A stretch of DNA of 63,618 bases, counting the filler, from Licmophora abbreviata (lineage: Eukaryota), in assembly GCA_900291995.1 (NCBI GenBank). It is 12 parts of 12 records of this genome, joined end to end, with 100 filler letters (N's around TTAATTAATTAA, not from the genome) between each part and the next. Parts side by side here need not be neighbours in the genome. Positions count along the whole stretch, not along the records: positions 29,080 to 44,171 come from OLMU01000287.1; positions 44,272 to 48,205 come from OLMU01000288.1; 10 more parts are not named here. One strand, written 5' to 3'. This document shows, in pieces, positions 34,660-46,852 of this stretch. Both the position numbers and the translations under genes were made by a program. The notes beneath the pieces were generated by a model. That model was not told where the DNA came from, did no database searches, and was given only the letters and a program-made list of their open reading frames with translations. The first letter of the stretch is position 1, and the number at the start of each line of letters is the position of its first letter.

Positions 34660-37600
34660 ATGTCGGATTTGAGCTTTTTAGATGATTTTGAGTACGATCG
34701 AGCCGAGGAGGAGAGCGATCTGTGGATGTCATACAAAATATCGACCAAGAAGCGGTCGAAGCGGCAGCTAGTCTTACTGACAGCATCTTCTGGGTCTGGG
34801 AAGTCTTGGCTGGCACGCAAGTTCGGTGAATCTGTTTCAAATGATGGCGGAGTTTTCCTTTCAGGAAAGTCCGATCCTCTGCAACGATGCGCTTATGCTC
34901 CCTTTGCCGCCGCTCTCGCCGAGTTCACAAGCTTCGCTGAACAGAGAGGCCCGGACTTTGTCGAATCGATTAGAAAGAGAGTTCACGACAGCGTTTTGGA
35001 TGTTTCTATTCTTACAGACATGATGCCGGTGCTGGTAAAGATATTGGGGGAGTCGACCGATTGCGTATCGAGGAAAATAACGAAGAAGGAAGTTGCCCTC
35101 GTCTTTTCCAAGTTCCTGGAGGCTCTGGCTTCCGCCGAGAATCCCGTTGTGCTGTTTTTCGATGACTTACAATGGATGGATCCTGAATCTTTGGATCTTT
35201 TGAAGGTCATAGCTTGCCTTGAAGGCCTTGAAGGTGTCATGCTGCTTGGAACATGCCGGGGGGACGAGGTATCGCTGACAGACCCCTTGGCTGTCTTGCT
35301 TCGTGACGTTGAGGACAGCGGCGTCTCCATTATCAACGTTGGGCTCGAAAATTTAGATCGTATCGCAATCCAGGATGTCATTTCGGGTTTGTATGACCTC
35401 CAGCAGGTGCCGATGGCAAAGCTTGCGCTCCTCCTTCAGCGTGAAACAAAGGGAAATATATTTCTGATGATCGAGTGCTTGAGATCGCTGCACGAGGATG
35501 GCCTCTTGCAACGCGATATGGAGTCAGGGCAATGGCGATACAGCGACTTAAAAATCCAGCTTGAAATGGGAAATATATCCTCCTTTGTGCACTTCAAGTT
35601 TAAGCAGCTCCCTGAAAAGTTGCAGGCCTCATTGCTTCGTCTGTCGTGCATAGGGACAAGTACGACAAATGAAATTGCACGAACGATCCTCTCCTCAGAT
35701 AGATACAGGGCACTTGTACACGCCGAAAAGAAGGGCCTACTTTGTTTTGACGATGCACGCGATAGGATACGGTTCGCACACGACTTTGTGCAGCAGGCGC
35801 TGTATGGAACAATAGACATGAACAGCCGAGTTGAACTCCATCTGTCGCTCGGCCGGGCTCTGCTATCAAGGCTGCCGCTTGACAGTCTTGAAGCAAATAC
35901 CCTACTTGTTGCAGGCCAATTGAGACTGGGGGCTGAGCTAGTACACGAGAAGGCCGAGAGAGACCGCCTTGCTTTGTTTTTCTTGCAGGCAGGATGGAAG
36001 GCTTCATCGACTTCGAGTTTTTCCACTGCGCTAGAATACCTAGAAAGCGGTGTACTCTTGTTGAGTACCGATCGCTGGAAGGTGAATTACTACCTCAGCC
36101 TTCAACTGTACAATGCTGCCGCGGAAGCCTCACTGGTCTGCGCCAGCTTTGAACGAGCGGAAGCTTTGATTGACGAAATTCTGGAAAATGCCCTGTGTCT
36201 GGAGGATAAGTTACAGGCGTATTCAACGAAAATGCTTTCTCTTGGTGCTCGTGGCGAGATGGTCAGGGCGTTGGAGACGGGTTTAGCGGTTGTCCGCTTG
36301 CAGGGAATTCGTATTCCGGTCAAAACGTCTGCCTTCAAGGCCGTGGTGGAGGTTTTGCGGACGAGGTTGCTTCTGGCAGGGAAAACAGACGATGATATTT
36401 TACGGTTGCCGTTATTGGCAGACCCAAAGCTGCTGCCTGCCTTGCGAATAATGAATCTGGTGCAATTGTACGCGTACTTTGCAAATCCAGAATTTTGTGC
36501 CATTATCGCCATGCGGATCATTCAGCTGACGGTTCGCCACGGACTTAGCGATATATGTCCGTTTAGCTTCGGTATATACGGTGCTCTTCTTGCCGGTGCG
36601 ATTGGTCGGCCTAAGGAGGGTTATCGATACGGCCAGCTATCGTTGCGACTCGCTGAACATTTCAAGTCTACGGCATGGTTGCCGAGGGTATACGCGTGTG
36701 TTTTCTCTATTCTAAATCCTTGGGTCCATCATGTCGAAGAGTCAATCGCACCCCTGAAATTCGCCCAAACTGCCGCTCTTCAATCAGGGGACATTGAGGT
36801 GCGTTGTGCGTCGTTAACAAGGTGATACCTTATACTTTCCTTAAAGTCTCACTTTTTCCCCTATGGTTGTAAGGTCTCCATGCTCAACGGCCACACTGCA
36901 ATACTCCTTTCGTTTTCGGCTGGCCATCCTCTGTCTCAACTGATTCCGCAGATGCAAAAGTTGAGGGATTTGGCGATATCATACGGACAGCACGGCATTC
37001 TGCCGCTGATCGAAGCAAAAGCCCAACAGGCGATGAACCTCCTTGGCAAGTCTGAAGACGTCTTCGTTTTGACTGGTGATTTAATGGATCAAAGGGCTGT
37101 ACTTGAGAACGCACGACGACGGCAGAACCAGTTCGTTCAGTTCGCTGTTTCCGTGTGGCAATGTGAGATCGCTTGCCTAATGCTCGATTACGAACGCGCG
37201 ACGCAGCATGCTGAGCATGCGCGCCGCGTCCGAAAAGTACATGACCTTTGGTCGTATACAACAGCGTTTTATGAAGCTCTTTCGGCGTTGGCGCTCGCGC
37301 GAGAATGTGTTCAACGGCGAAGCCGACTGCAGAAACGTGCGCGTCGGAATCTGAAGTACATGTTACGATTCGGTCGTTTGGGTGCTCCGAACTTTTCTCA
37401 TATGATTGCTCTTGTCGAAGCTGAGTTTGCCTGGCTACACGGACGTAAAGAGGAGGCGATGGCGAAATATGATGAATCAATAGTTTGGGCCGGGAAAGGT
37501 GGGTTTCTTCATCACCAAGGGCTTGCGTGGGAGAGAAAAGCAATGACGTCTCGCTCTGTAGGCGACCACGCGGGCTTTCTTTCCTCGATGACATTGGCAC

Positions 37601-37668
37601 GAAATCTTTTCGAAGAATGGGGGGCGACAGTCAAGCTCTATCAACTTGACAGCATGATTGGAGCATAG
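34660..37668 (+). CDS. STAND-type P-loop ATPase (AAA_16/COG3899-like) with helical TPR-like C-terminal region; intron 36799-36873
   Basis: Walker A-like ASSGSGKS, FLSGKSD, Walker B VLFFDDLQWMD, TKGNIF, RFAHDFVQQALY, and a C-terminus ending EEWGATVK. Confidence 0.82.
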
Positions 37669-37679
37669 TCATCTTTTGC

Positions 37680-39804
37680 TTATTTTATCCGAGACTGCAT
37701 GTCCCTCATGGCCACATACGTACCGCCTGAGTGACAGTAGCCCATGAAAACAGCTGGGAAGAATGTACCGTTGTTGTTCGTGCGCTCCTCTGGCAATAGA
37801 AGTCCTTCAACTTTCTTGCGGAGCTCAAACCATGATTGATGCAGGCCTTGGCAGATCCTGGAATCTGGTCGAACCTGTGATGTGCCCTGCACCTCCCCGA
37901 TGTCCGGGCATATCCATGGCGACTCGCAGATCGCAAAATTACTTGCAACGATGTCGCTCAACGATTTGAGACGACAGTCTGTGCATTTCTTAGTTTCTCC
38001 GTTCTCATCCTTCTTGTGATCTTTGACATCTCGACACCGGTCGTTCATGCCCTGCTTTCCCGAAACGAAAGGACTATCTGCCATGTTATTGTACGTGCAA
38101 CGATCTAGCTCTAACTTTCGGTCAGGAAACAGCTCGTCGTAAAAGTACATGAGTAGGCCTTTTGACGTCATTGACCCCTCGAATCCTGTGTAGCCCTTCG
38201 ATCCCCATCCATACTTTTCATCGTACGGCGTCGACTGGTAGATACTGACAAGTTTATCGAACGTATGCGCCGAAGGCCGAAATGGAACGAAGCTCATAGA
38301 AAGAGAAGAGAGCCACTGATCCTGCGCAAGCGTCGAGTAATCGCGAGTAATCATTATGTCGGTTTGTTGTGGGAGCTCCTCCATTTTAGTCGTTGTCCCG
38401 TTCGGGTACCACGTCTCTCTGACGATGTGGTCGAAGTGAGACTCGACCCAAGGGCGACCGCGAGGGTCGTTCATGAGCACATGATAGATGTCATCAGGAG
38501 GATGCACAATGAAAGTAGTTGGCTCGACCAATACCACGATTGAATATTCAACCATCTTGAAAGCGTTCAACCGAATCATCTCCTTCAGACCTATCTGTTC
38601 GCCGTTGTCCATTCGAGCATGGCGCTTTAGGTATTCATCTTTGATATTGACTTCAAGTATCGGCTCGTGTACCACTTCGACACGATATCCCAACCTCTGA
38701 AACATCTCAGTTCTATTTCCTGTGTTGTCGCACTGTTGAACATCAGCGTGAATGAGAGCTACCATCTCTGCAATTGTGAACAAATGAGGTTGAAAATGGA
38801 TAAGTCGAACGATACAAGAACACACAGTTCCACTTGGGGCCTAGATGGAACTTACGATAGTCATATTGATGACTCCCGCTGGTTGGGTTTCGCACACTGT
38901 TTTGATGCACCGACGCTTGCAACATGACCGCTGCGTCATGGAGCTCCTGGTCTGTCTTAGGATCGGCGCTGGAGTTTGAGTCGGCATAACATGCGTAAAT
39001 TGGCAAGACATACGCGACTACATTTCCACTGATGTGCGGAGTCTGTCCTGCTGGTGCGACATGGTCCATACTCTGAGCCTCCGCTCCACGAATCGTGCCC
39101 TCGGGTCTAGTCACATCGTATTGGTGTTCGTTCTTCGACTGTTCTGTCGTGTGTTCGGTTCCTGGAGCATCTCTTACGGTTCCGAAACTCGTCATTGTTG
39201 CTTGTTTTCCTTTGCTCTCAATCGCCCCTTCCTCGATTTTTCCGTTAGATGGCGTGTCGTACACCTTAGAAAAGAAATATGAGCGCTTCTCGTCTTCGCG
39301 CTGGTATTCGTGCTGTGCCACGCGGTCCTCGGTGCTGAGGTGAATGTAGCTGTCGTACCCTGGGTGCTGGCTGGATGACGGCATGAGATTGATTATAGTT
39401 CCCAATAGGCAAGAAAGCAATAATGCCACTAGCACGCGGTAAATAGAACTGGAAGTGCACGAGCGCGATGTCCTCTGGAAACTGGTTTTCAAGCAGTCAT
39501 CGAAGCGCTCCTGGAGAGAGTACTCCTCCTCCTCCTGGATGCCACCGAATTGCCCAGCACGGCGCTTTCGAAGAGAATTGGGTCGAAGGGAGACTCGAAA
39601 AGACATTCCAGATCGACGAGGGCCTAGGCCGTGGGGAGACGGGTTGGGATCGGCCACGGCGATGGCATTTGCACTGCGGGAACGAGGTGTCGACCAGACC
39701 GAGGCAGACACTGACGAGGACAGGGATGATCCGGCAGATCCAGATGACCCCACGCTAGATCCATCGCCAGTCGATGCATCAGCGCTGTGGCGCTTGAATC
39801 TCAT
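37680..39804 (-). CDS. Type II membrane glycosyltransferase family 8-like protein; intron 38768-38855
   Basis: Single TM segment (VLVALLLSCLLGTIINL), stem region, DAAVMLQASVH, GLKEMIRL, ELDRCTYNNM, and a Cys-rich tail with PWIC. Confidence 0.62.
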
Positions 39805-40135
39805 GGTGAGGCACTATTCTGTTGTCGAGAGAGGCGAAGTTGCTGCAGCCACACTCTGGGGCGGCCATTTTGTGAAGACATTGAGGCATCGGGCCCTTCG
39901 GACTCGCATGACCTAAAAGAATGACCCTGCGCGGCTCTCGCGATGCCTGATGCCGTCTTGGCGTCGTCGGGGTCCAATTCTAGTAAGATACTAGTACCAG
40001 GTATAACAGGCGTGCGACCCAACAAAAACACTTTTCTTTACATAGTTACCACGCTATCTATAGGTAGATCTTCCTCTTAAGAAGAACAGGAGGTATCCGC
40101 GATACAAGAACAGATTTCTTCTCTAAAAGAGTGAC

Positions 40136-40784
40136 TTAGCTGCACATGCCGCCTTCCATTGGCACGGCATTGGGAATATATCCAAAATCTGTCACTTGAA
40201 AGGCAAGCACAACGATTCCTACAAGAACGGCAAGAAAAGAAAGCCCCTCTGCGGCTCCAAGCAACCCTGCCGGGCCTGCTGGTAGCCCATTCCCCTTGAT
40301 AAGTAAAGAACCGCTCAAGGTGAGTAGTGAGATCCAGAGATCTTCGACGCAAACTCAGAGCAGCAATACACAACATCCTTACCGTTCTAACCTTGTTGTA
40401 AAGTGAAAATCCTCCGAAGCCCACTACGCTGACGTAACTTAAGCCTTCCACCAAGCCCACCAAGCCATAGGGACCCGCTGGTAGTCCACAACCACTAGTT
40501 TTCAGCGTGTACTCAGAAAAGAGTGTAATCAAAGCAGCAAATGTGCCAACAGCGCCAACAACGCCTTGATCGGAGGGTCCAAGTCCGATTGACGGCTCGC
40601 GATCCTCGCTAGATTCTCGCAATATGATCGATGAATCGTTCAAAAACTGTCTGCTGTGGCCGACAGCACTTGATCGCAGCGTCTGCATATGGATTTGCCG
40701 TGGAGGCGTGAAAGCGTCGGCGCCGTGACCTAAATGTACCGCTACAATCACAGCTAGATAGAATGCAAGTCGAAGCGTCGGCAT
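40136..40784 (-). CDS. Plastid-targeted small membrane protein with duplicated GLPAGP motif; intron 40295-40382
   Basis: Signal peptide plus ADAFTPP motif. Internal repeat GCGLPAGPYGLVGLVEGLSY / GNGLPAGPAGLLGAAEGLSF, each copy followed by a hydrophobic helix. Confidence 0.78.
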
Positions 40785-41113
40785 TATCGCGATGGACGTA
40801 GTGTGTTTAGCTAGCTGACAGCGACCAAATAATTTTGCATGTGATGTGTGCAGCGCCGATATAATGATGTCTCTACAGGCATCACATTGAACATCAGCAT
40901 CGCCATCATGACCATTCGGGGCACCGCGTGGATTGATTCGAGGCTCACGCGCGCGCTATCTCGAGCTGGGAATTTGGTCAACCGGCGAAGGTATCCGCCC
41001 GTCTTTTCACCGCCCTACCTTTACTAACGCCTTTGAGCGAAGCGAAATCGTCAGATCGCATCGTCGTTCGCCCTACTACTGCTTGCTATAAACAAAATGG
41101 GGTTCATTGCTCC

Positions 41114-42232
41114 TCAGTTACGGGTTTGCTTGGTTTCCCCAATGAGCCACGGTACAAAGGAATCCTTGTCTTCGCGATCGGCCATGAGCTCTTCTAGTTT
41201 CTCACGTGGTTCCATAACGGGCTCTAATGTCAGAGGAAATGTCCCCCAATGAATTGGAACTACCATATCTGCTTTCACAGCTTCCTTCATCATAATCGCT
41301 TCCTCCACGTTAATGTGATTTATCTTCATGATGGATCGAGGTTCGTAGGCGCCAATCGGGATGGCCGCAGCATCAAAGGGTCCGTAGCGCTCTCCCACGA
41401 GCTGCGCCATGTCGTCGAACCAAGCTGTGTCTCCAGGAAAGAGAAACTTTTTGTTGGCGGAACTGATGCTGAAACCACACCACAAGGTTTGATCTCGGTC
41501 TCCAGTTCGGTTTGACCAGTGGCGCATCGGGACCGCCGTCACCGAAAGGTTGTTGACACTTGCACGCTCATGCCAATCAAGCTCATGAACGACAAGGGAG
41601 TCCAAAACATACGAATGGACCCACTCTCGCAGTCCAAGTGGAACAACAAACTGTGGCGCCTTGACACAGTGTCGGGAGATATCCTTGAGTGTGTTGTGAT
41701 CCAGATGGTCGTAGTGATTGTGGCTAATGAGTATGACATCCAGTTCAATCTTTGTACAAAGTTCTTTAATACCACAAGGTGGAGGTCGATAGCGCTTTGG
41801 GCCTGCCCATTGGACTGGTGCACATCGTTGCGAAAAGACGGGATCGGCGAGAATGTTGTAACCATGCATCTGCACCAGCACAGATGCATGTCCTAGCCAA
41901 GTGAATTGAATCTGATCATTCGGTGGACTCTGCAGTTTTTCCCAGTCCAAACCTTGAACTGGAAAAATAACATCCAGCTCCTCTTGCCTTGGTATCTTGA
42001 GCATTTGCGATTTCCATATGAACGGCAAGAACTTTCGCGGCGATGGCCACTCCATCTTGGGCAACCACGCATCTCGCTCATTTACGCGTTGTTGAACAAG
42101 CTTCTTGATTTCTTTCTTCGACCGTTCGGTGGGAACAGCGTCTGCCATGGGAGCAGTCGAGGACGAGCGTAATGTGTTTACCCGAAAAGAGAAAATGGGA
42201 CTGGCTCGGGCGGTGGCACGAGTGGACAACAT
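41114..42232 (-). CDS. NAPEPLD: N-acyl-phosphatidylethanolamine phospholipase D-like metallo-beta-lactamase
   Basis: TWLGHAS, ADPVFSQR, ISHNHYDHLD, HWSNR, FPGDT, IPIGAYEPR and IHWGTFPL. Confidence 0.9.
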   Translation of the reverse strand: MLSTRATARASPIFSFRVNTLRSSSTAPMADAVPTERSKKEIKKLVQQRVNERDAWLPKMEWPSPRKFLPFIWKSQMLKIPRQEELDVIFPVQGLDWEKLQSPPNDQIQFTWLGHASVLVQMHGYNILADPVFSQRCAPVQWAGPKRYRPPPCGIKELCTKIELDVILISHNHYDHLDHNTLKDISRHCVKAPQFVVPLGLREWVHSYVLDSLVVHELDWHERASVNNLSVTAVPMRHWSNRTGDRDQTLWCGFSISSANKKFLFPGDTAWFDDMAQLVGERYGPFDAAAIPIGAYEPRSIMKINHINVEEAIMMKEAVKADMVVPIHWGTFPLTLEPVMEPREKLEELMADREDKDSFVPWLIGETKQTRN

Positions 42233-42320
42233 GGTCCCAGCGTCGCGCCGCCACTGGTTGGTTTTGTGAAGGAAGATCAATGAAACCAACCGCCGAAAGC
42301 GCGCGCCAGCCCGCCCACCG

Positions 42321-42333
42321 TTTTGGCGGGAAA
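42321..42333. promoter_or_regulatory. E2F-like site TTTTGGCGGGAAA in the NAPE-PLD/PA28 divergent promoter
   Basis: Identical to 16722-16734 and embedded in CG-rich intergenic DNA. Confidence 0.45.
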
Positions 42334-42542
42334 ATCGCGCTTGAGAGCGCGCGCAAGATACCTTTTGGTCTGTCCGGCGGGCGAATATCAATCTTCGACG
42401 ACCTTCGAAAGACGTCGTGTGAAAAAGTCGGCGCGGTGATGGTCGACATGAGACAAGCAATAGCTCACAATCTGTTGCTGTGTTGCTCGTGTTGCTCTTT
42501 CCTCTTGTGAAAGTATCTTCTATCTTCCGCCGTAATCCAGAA

Positions 42543-43271
42543 ATGCCGTCTCTTCAATCCTTCTACGCCAGCGGCGTCCAGGCCTCCGAGGAATGGAAAG
42601 CGTTGCTCGCCACCGACTGCAAATCCACTCTTGCGGAAGTGCAGTCCAAGTTCGAGACGCAGACAAATATCGCAGGCGAGAACGCCACCTTGACGCAGCT
42701 TCATGGCAAGGTCCGAACTGTCCTTGAAACGGCCGCACAAAGCATTCAGGAAATCTCCCTCTATGTCAGTCTCAAGGTGCCCATTATGGAAGATGGCAAC
42801 AACTTCGGTGTCACGGTACAGCTTCAGATCTTGAAGGAACTCAAGGATGCGTTGGACAAGATTGAGGGCAAGTTGGACGAACTGCCTTCGTACTTTGCCA
42901 AGCGTGCCGATGCCGTCGACAAGCTCGGCATCCCCTCCACAAGTACTACCGAGACCAAGACGAGCACTTCTTCCGACTCCAGCAATACCAAGTCGGGTGG
43001 CGAGAAAGAAGGCTCCGAGAAGGAGGAAAAGTCAGCTGAATCGACGACGCAGGAAACCAAGACGACCAGTACGACGCATAGTGCGGCTCAGCTGTGGCGA
43101 CAGCAGCATGTCGTTAGCCTCGACGTTGCGCACTACGCTCAGCTCAAACGTGCCTTGACCTATACTGTCCACTCCTACGTGATTCTCTTGGATCTTGTGG
43201 ACAAGAATCAGAGCAAGCTCGAAATGCCAAAGGGTTCCGACGAAGGAAGAGGATTCAGCAGTATGTACTAG
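42543..43271 (+). CDS. Proteasome activator PA28/REG (11S) subunit
   Basis: Activation loop VPIMEDGNNFGVTVQ, YFAKRADAV, KLEMPKG, and C-terminal SMY. Confidence 0.9.
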   Translation: MPSLQSFYASGVQASEEWKALLATDCKSTLAEVQSKFETQTNIAGENATLTQLHGKVRTVLETAAQSIQEISLYVSLKVPIMEDGNNFGVTVQLQILKELKDALDKIEGKLDELPSYFAKRADAVDKLGIPSTSTTETKTSTSSDSSNTKSGGEKEGSEKEEKSAESTTQETKTTSTTHSAAQLWRQQHVVSLDVAHYAQLKRALTYTVHSYVILLDLVDKNQSKLEMPKGSDEGRGFSSMY

Positions 43272-43363
43272 TGAACCTGATAAAAATGATGCCCATAGTC
43301 TAGGTTCCTTCACGTCAATCGTACACGTTTAGCAATAGTAAAGCTTCATCATTCATGGGATGG

Positions 43364-46300
43364 CTACGAGTCCGATTCCATTCGCCTCCGCTTGGAAGAT
43401 GGGAGGGCTCGCCCTCGCGCCTTCGGGTTGAATGGCGAAGGTCTCTTGAGGCTACTAGGCAGTGCTCTGGCGCCCCGTCCTACGCGCGTTCTCGACAAGG
43501 AGTCGTTCGGAGCTTCTTGCTCCGACAGCCATATGGCCGCAGCCTTGATCAAGTCCTCCATGCCACTAATCGCTGCTTCTTCGTCATCACTGGCACTCTC
43601 TGTAGCTGGACTGCCACCCTCGTCAAAGTGATTGTCCCCCGACGATGCCGAAGCCTCGTCTGTGCCGTCGTCAAGATTCCCATCTCCGTTGTCCCATGCG
43701 CGTTCAACGTGAAGCCGGTCCCACACACGCTTGAAGAATGTTTTCTTCCAACTTCCACGGAGTTCGGCCTTCTGGATAATGCTTCGGTGCGATAAGTATG
43801 CCAATGACGACTTGACTTCCTCTGGACAACGACTGCACGACTGCAGATGAAGCTGTAAGGAGTTGGCAGTGTGATCCGTAAGATTCTTGGCTGACACAGG
43901 AAAGTACCTCCCAATGTTGTTCTTGGAAGAATCGCAGTGTTTGCAACAGAGACCAGGGAATCCGAGCACGCGGTCACGACTCCGTGAGCCGGGACCACCG
44001 CGTCGATCCGTTTTCTTGAAGCGACATGCCTTGACTTGACGAAGCAAAAGCATAACTTGATCTGTACAGGCGCCTCGATCGGCTCCTCGAATAAGTGAAC
44101 TCTTTCCGTACGAGTACGTTTCCGCACCAGCGTTCTCGCGATCAATGTCGTCGGCCGGACTCGGTTGCATCNNNNNNNNNNNNNNNNNNNNNNNNNNNNN
44201 NNNNNNNNNNNNNNNTTAATTAATTAANNNNNNNNNNNNNNNNNNNNNNNNNNNNNNNNNNNNNNNNNNNNCCAGTACTGATGCGAATCGGCGACCTTGG
44301 GCCCGAAGACACGAAGCGAGCGGAATGTTTCCTTCACCTCGTCCGGCATAGCTGGACAAGACGGGAAATGAAGCCGGATCATATCGCCGATTTTGGTGTC
44401 GACGGAAGATAAAAGCTCCGGAAAGTGGACAGAACCGGCAGGTTGTTCTGCTTTCGGCAAGCGAGCGCAGAAGACGCAACGGATACCTACTTGACCCACT
44501 GAAGGCTCTTTCCGCCCGCTGTATCCATTCAGAGTGTCGTCCTTCTGCAGTGAGAAAAGTTCCAGAAGCTCGTTCCGAGCAAAGCAATTCATTTCTGTCA
44601 TCCAATGAGGGTCGTCGGACTTGGCCAGGCGGACGACACCCGTGTAAAAACGAGTCTGTTCTTTCTTCTTGTAGACGCGCTTCGCCCGCGGCTTGCGGTC
44701 TTCTGCAGCGACTGATCCATTGCTCTCATCATCGGACATGTCGCTGTGTTCTGTCTCAGTCTCTTCCTCCCCGCTCGATGCGTCCGAGTCATCGAAGGCG
44801 CCACGGTCGCTGTCGTCTATGTCGCTCGTGCTCCTGTCATCGGCCAACATGGCCTTTCGCCTGGCTTTAGCACTCGAGGCGGCTTTCCTTCGGCCCCACT
44901 GCTTCTTCTTCCTTGCAGGCGTCTCGTCCTCGCTGTCCATCGGGATGCGCTGGATTCGGCACCACAACCGATGAAAGAAGACCTTCCGTCCGCCGTGTTT
45001 TGGCTTATCGGCACGCTTGCCATCCGGTCCCATACGAGCGCGCTTCATTAGCTCCAAATTCTCACGAATCTCAATCGGACAACGGCGGCAGTTGCGAACG
45101 TGGTTCATAATGGTTTGAGACGTGGTTGTCTGGGAAAGCGATGCTTCAGTTGCCGGAAAGTATCGACCACAACCGGCTTGACCGACACAGTGCATGCAGG
45201 CAAGTCCCGGGAACCCAACGCCGCGTCCTTTGTAACAGCCAACCTACAGGGGGCACACAGATCGAAACATGTAAGCATGGTCAAAATCGCGACAAAACGT
45301 TCTCGTTCATCTGTTGGTATTCATTCACCTTGTCTGCTTCTGTCAGGTTCGCAGGCTGCATCTGCTCGAGCGTCAGATATAGATAATCAGAAATGAGGTC
45401 TTGGTCTCCCGGCAAGACCAGTGGATACAGCTGCTCAGGTGGAAGGTGAGCGATGGGCTGGATTGCCTTTCCGGCCTTCATCTCCTCTTCCTTTACAGGC
45501 GAATCCCCATCGGCGTTCTGTTCCGCTTCAGCCTTTGCCTTTCTCGCCTCCTCTGCCGCCGCAGCTTTTGCCGCCGCTGCTGCTGCTCGGTTCTTCCTTC
45601 CAGGGGGTCCCATGGGTCCTTCCAAGGGTGGCAATGGATCTGTCGGGTCTCGTCCGAAATGAATGCCATATGGTGTATCAGTCAGACCTAGACGCTTGGC
45701 CGAGTCGATCCAGTACTGCTTTCGCCCTCCTCGCGCTGAGCTGGAAACTTTGAGGGACTCGATCTTCTGGCGAATATCGGCCGGCATGGACAGGCAACAA
45801 TCGAAATGAAGGCGAAGCATCTGCTGGACGGAGTTGTAGATACCGCTAATCAGACTAGGATACGACGTCGCCTGCTGGCCACGTTCGCTTGGAGGATCGT
45901 CCTTGCAGTGCATGCAACGGATTCCGACCTGATCCAAGGCAATAGGTTTGTTACGACCATGCATTGGAGCTGCAATATCAGCTTCAGTTGCTCCAAAGGC
46001 TTCCGCAAAGTTGGCTCGGAGATAAACCTGCAGTTCGGAGAGCCAATACTTGTCCTCGGGCAGGCCCAGCGCGACACATCCTGAGAACCACTTCCCATTC
46101 GGTGGCTCAACGGGAGGCGCCTTGGCCGCTTCTTTGGACTTGGCCAATGCTCGGGACGCGGTTGACTTCCCACGTCCGCGTCCACCGCGACCTCCGCCAC
46201 CCCGTCCAGGAGAAGAGCGGCCGCCTTTGCCCCGTCCGCCTCGTCCTCCTGCTTTCGCGGATGACGGAGCTGACTTCGGTCGAACAGGGGGCTTTGCTGC

Positions 46301-46852
46301 TGCCTTTACCTGAGGCGACTGCTGTGATAATAGTGAGAGTTGAGACGCCGTTTTCCTGGCGCTGGCGGCGGCAATGAGAGCTGCCGCTTCCTCTTCCTCT
46401 CGTTGCTGAATATAGGCGCGGTCAATCATTGCCTGGTCCCGCGCCCGCTGTCCGCCATAGAAAGCGAAGTCACGAGCTGAGGACGCGGAAGGGATTCCAT
46501 TAAACTGAGAGTGGTAGGCCTGATCCGGGCTAGCAGCGTATCCATAGCTGGCCCGACGAGCATACATGGTATCTGCAGGAGACTGAAGATACACGTTCGG
46601 TTGTTGTTGCTGGACGTATCCCCTGCCGTACGCTTGTCGCGCGTAATATGGCGATGCCGCTGCTGCATCAAGTCCACCCAATGTGGACATGAATGCCGCA
46701 TTGTTGCTTCCTTGTTGCTGAGCGGAGGAAGGGGCTAGCCCTAGTGCTCGTGCTTGAGCAGCCGCAAGACCCGCCCGCTCAATTTCCTCTTGTCTGTATC
46801 GCTCTTCTTCATTCACGTCTTGGAACGGGTTACCGCCATATAGATTGGGCAT
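43364..46852 (-). CDS. Uncharacterised putative nuclear protein with four CxxC...H...C domains and an RGG tract (intron 45244-45328; spans gap 44172-44271)
   Basis: QVGIRCMHC..HFDCC, PGLACMHC..HVRNC, QVGIRCVFC..HFPSC and PGLCCKHC..HLQSC. Also a Q/A/Y-rich N-terminus and basic clusters. Confidence 0.8.

Noticed and set aside
36884..37600. Long antisense ORFs (also 18837-19529, 14183-14908, 15608-16330, 57185-57784)
   Set aside because: They are shadows of well-supported genes on the opposite strand in moderately GC-rich DNA and carry no recognisable motifs.
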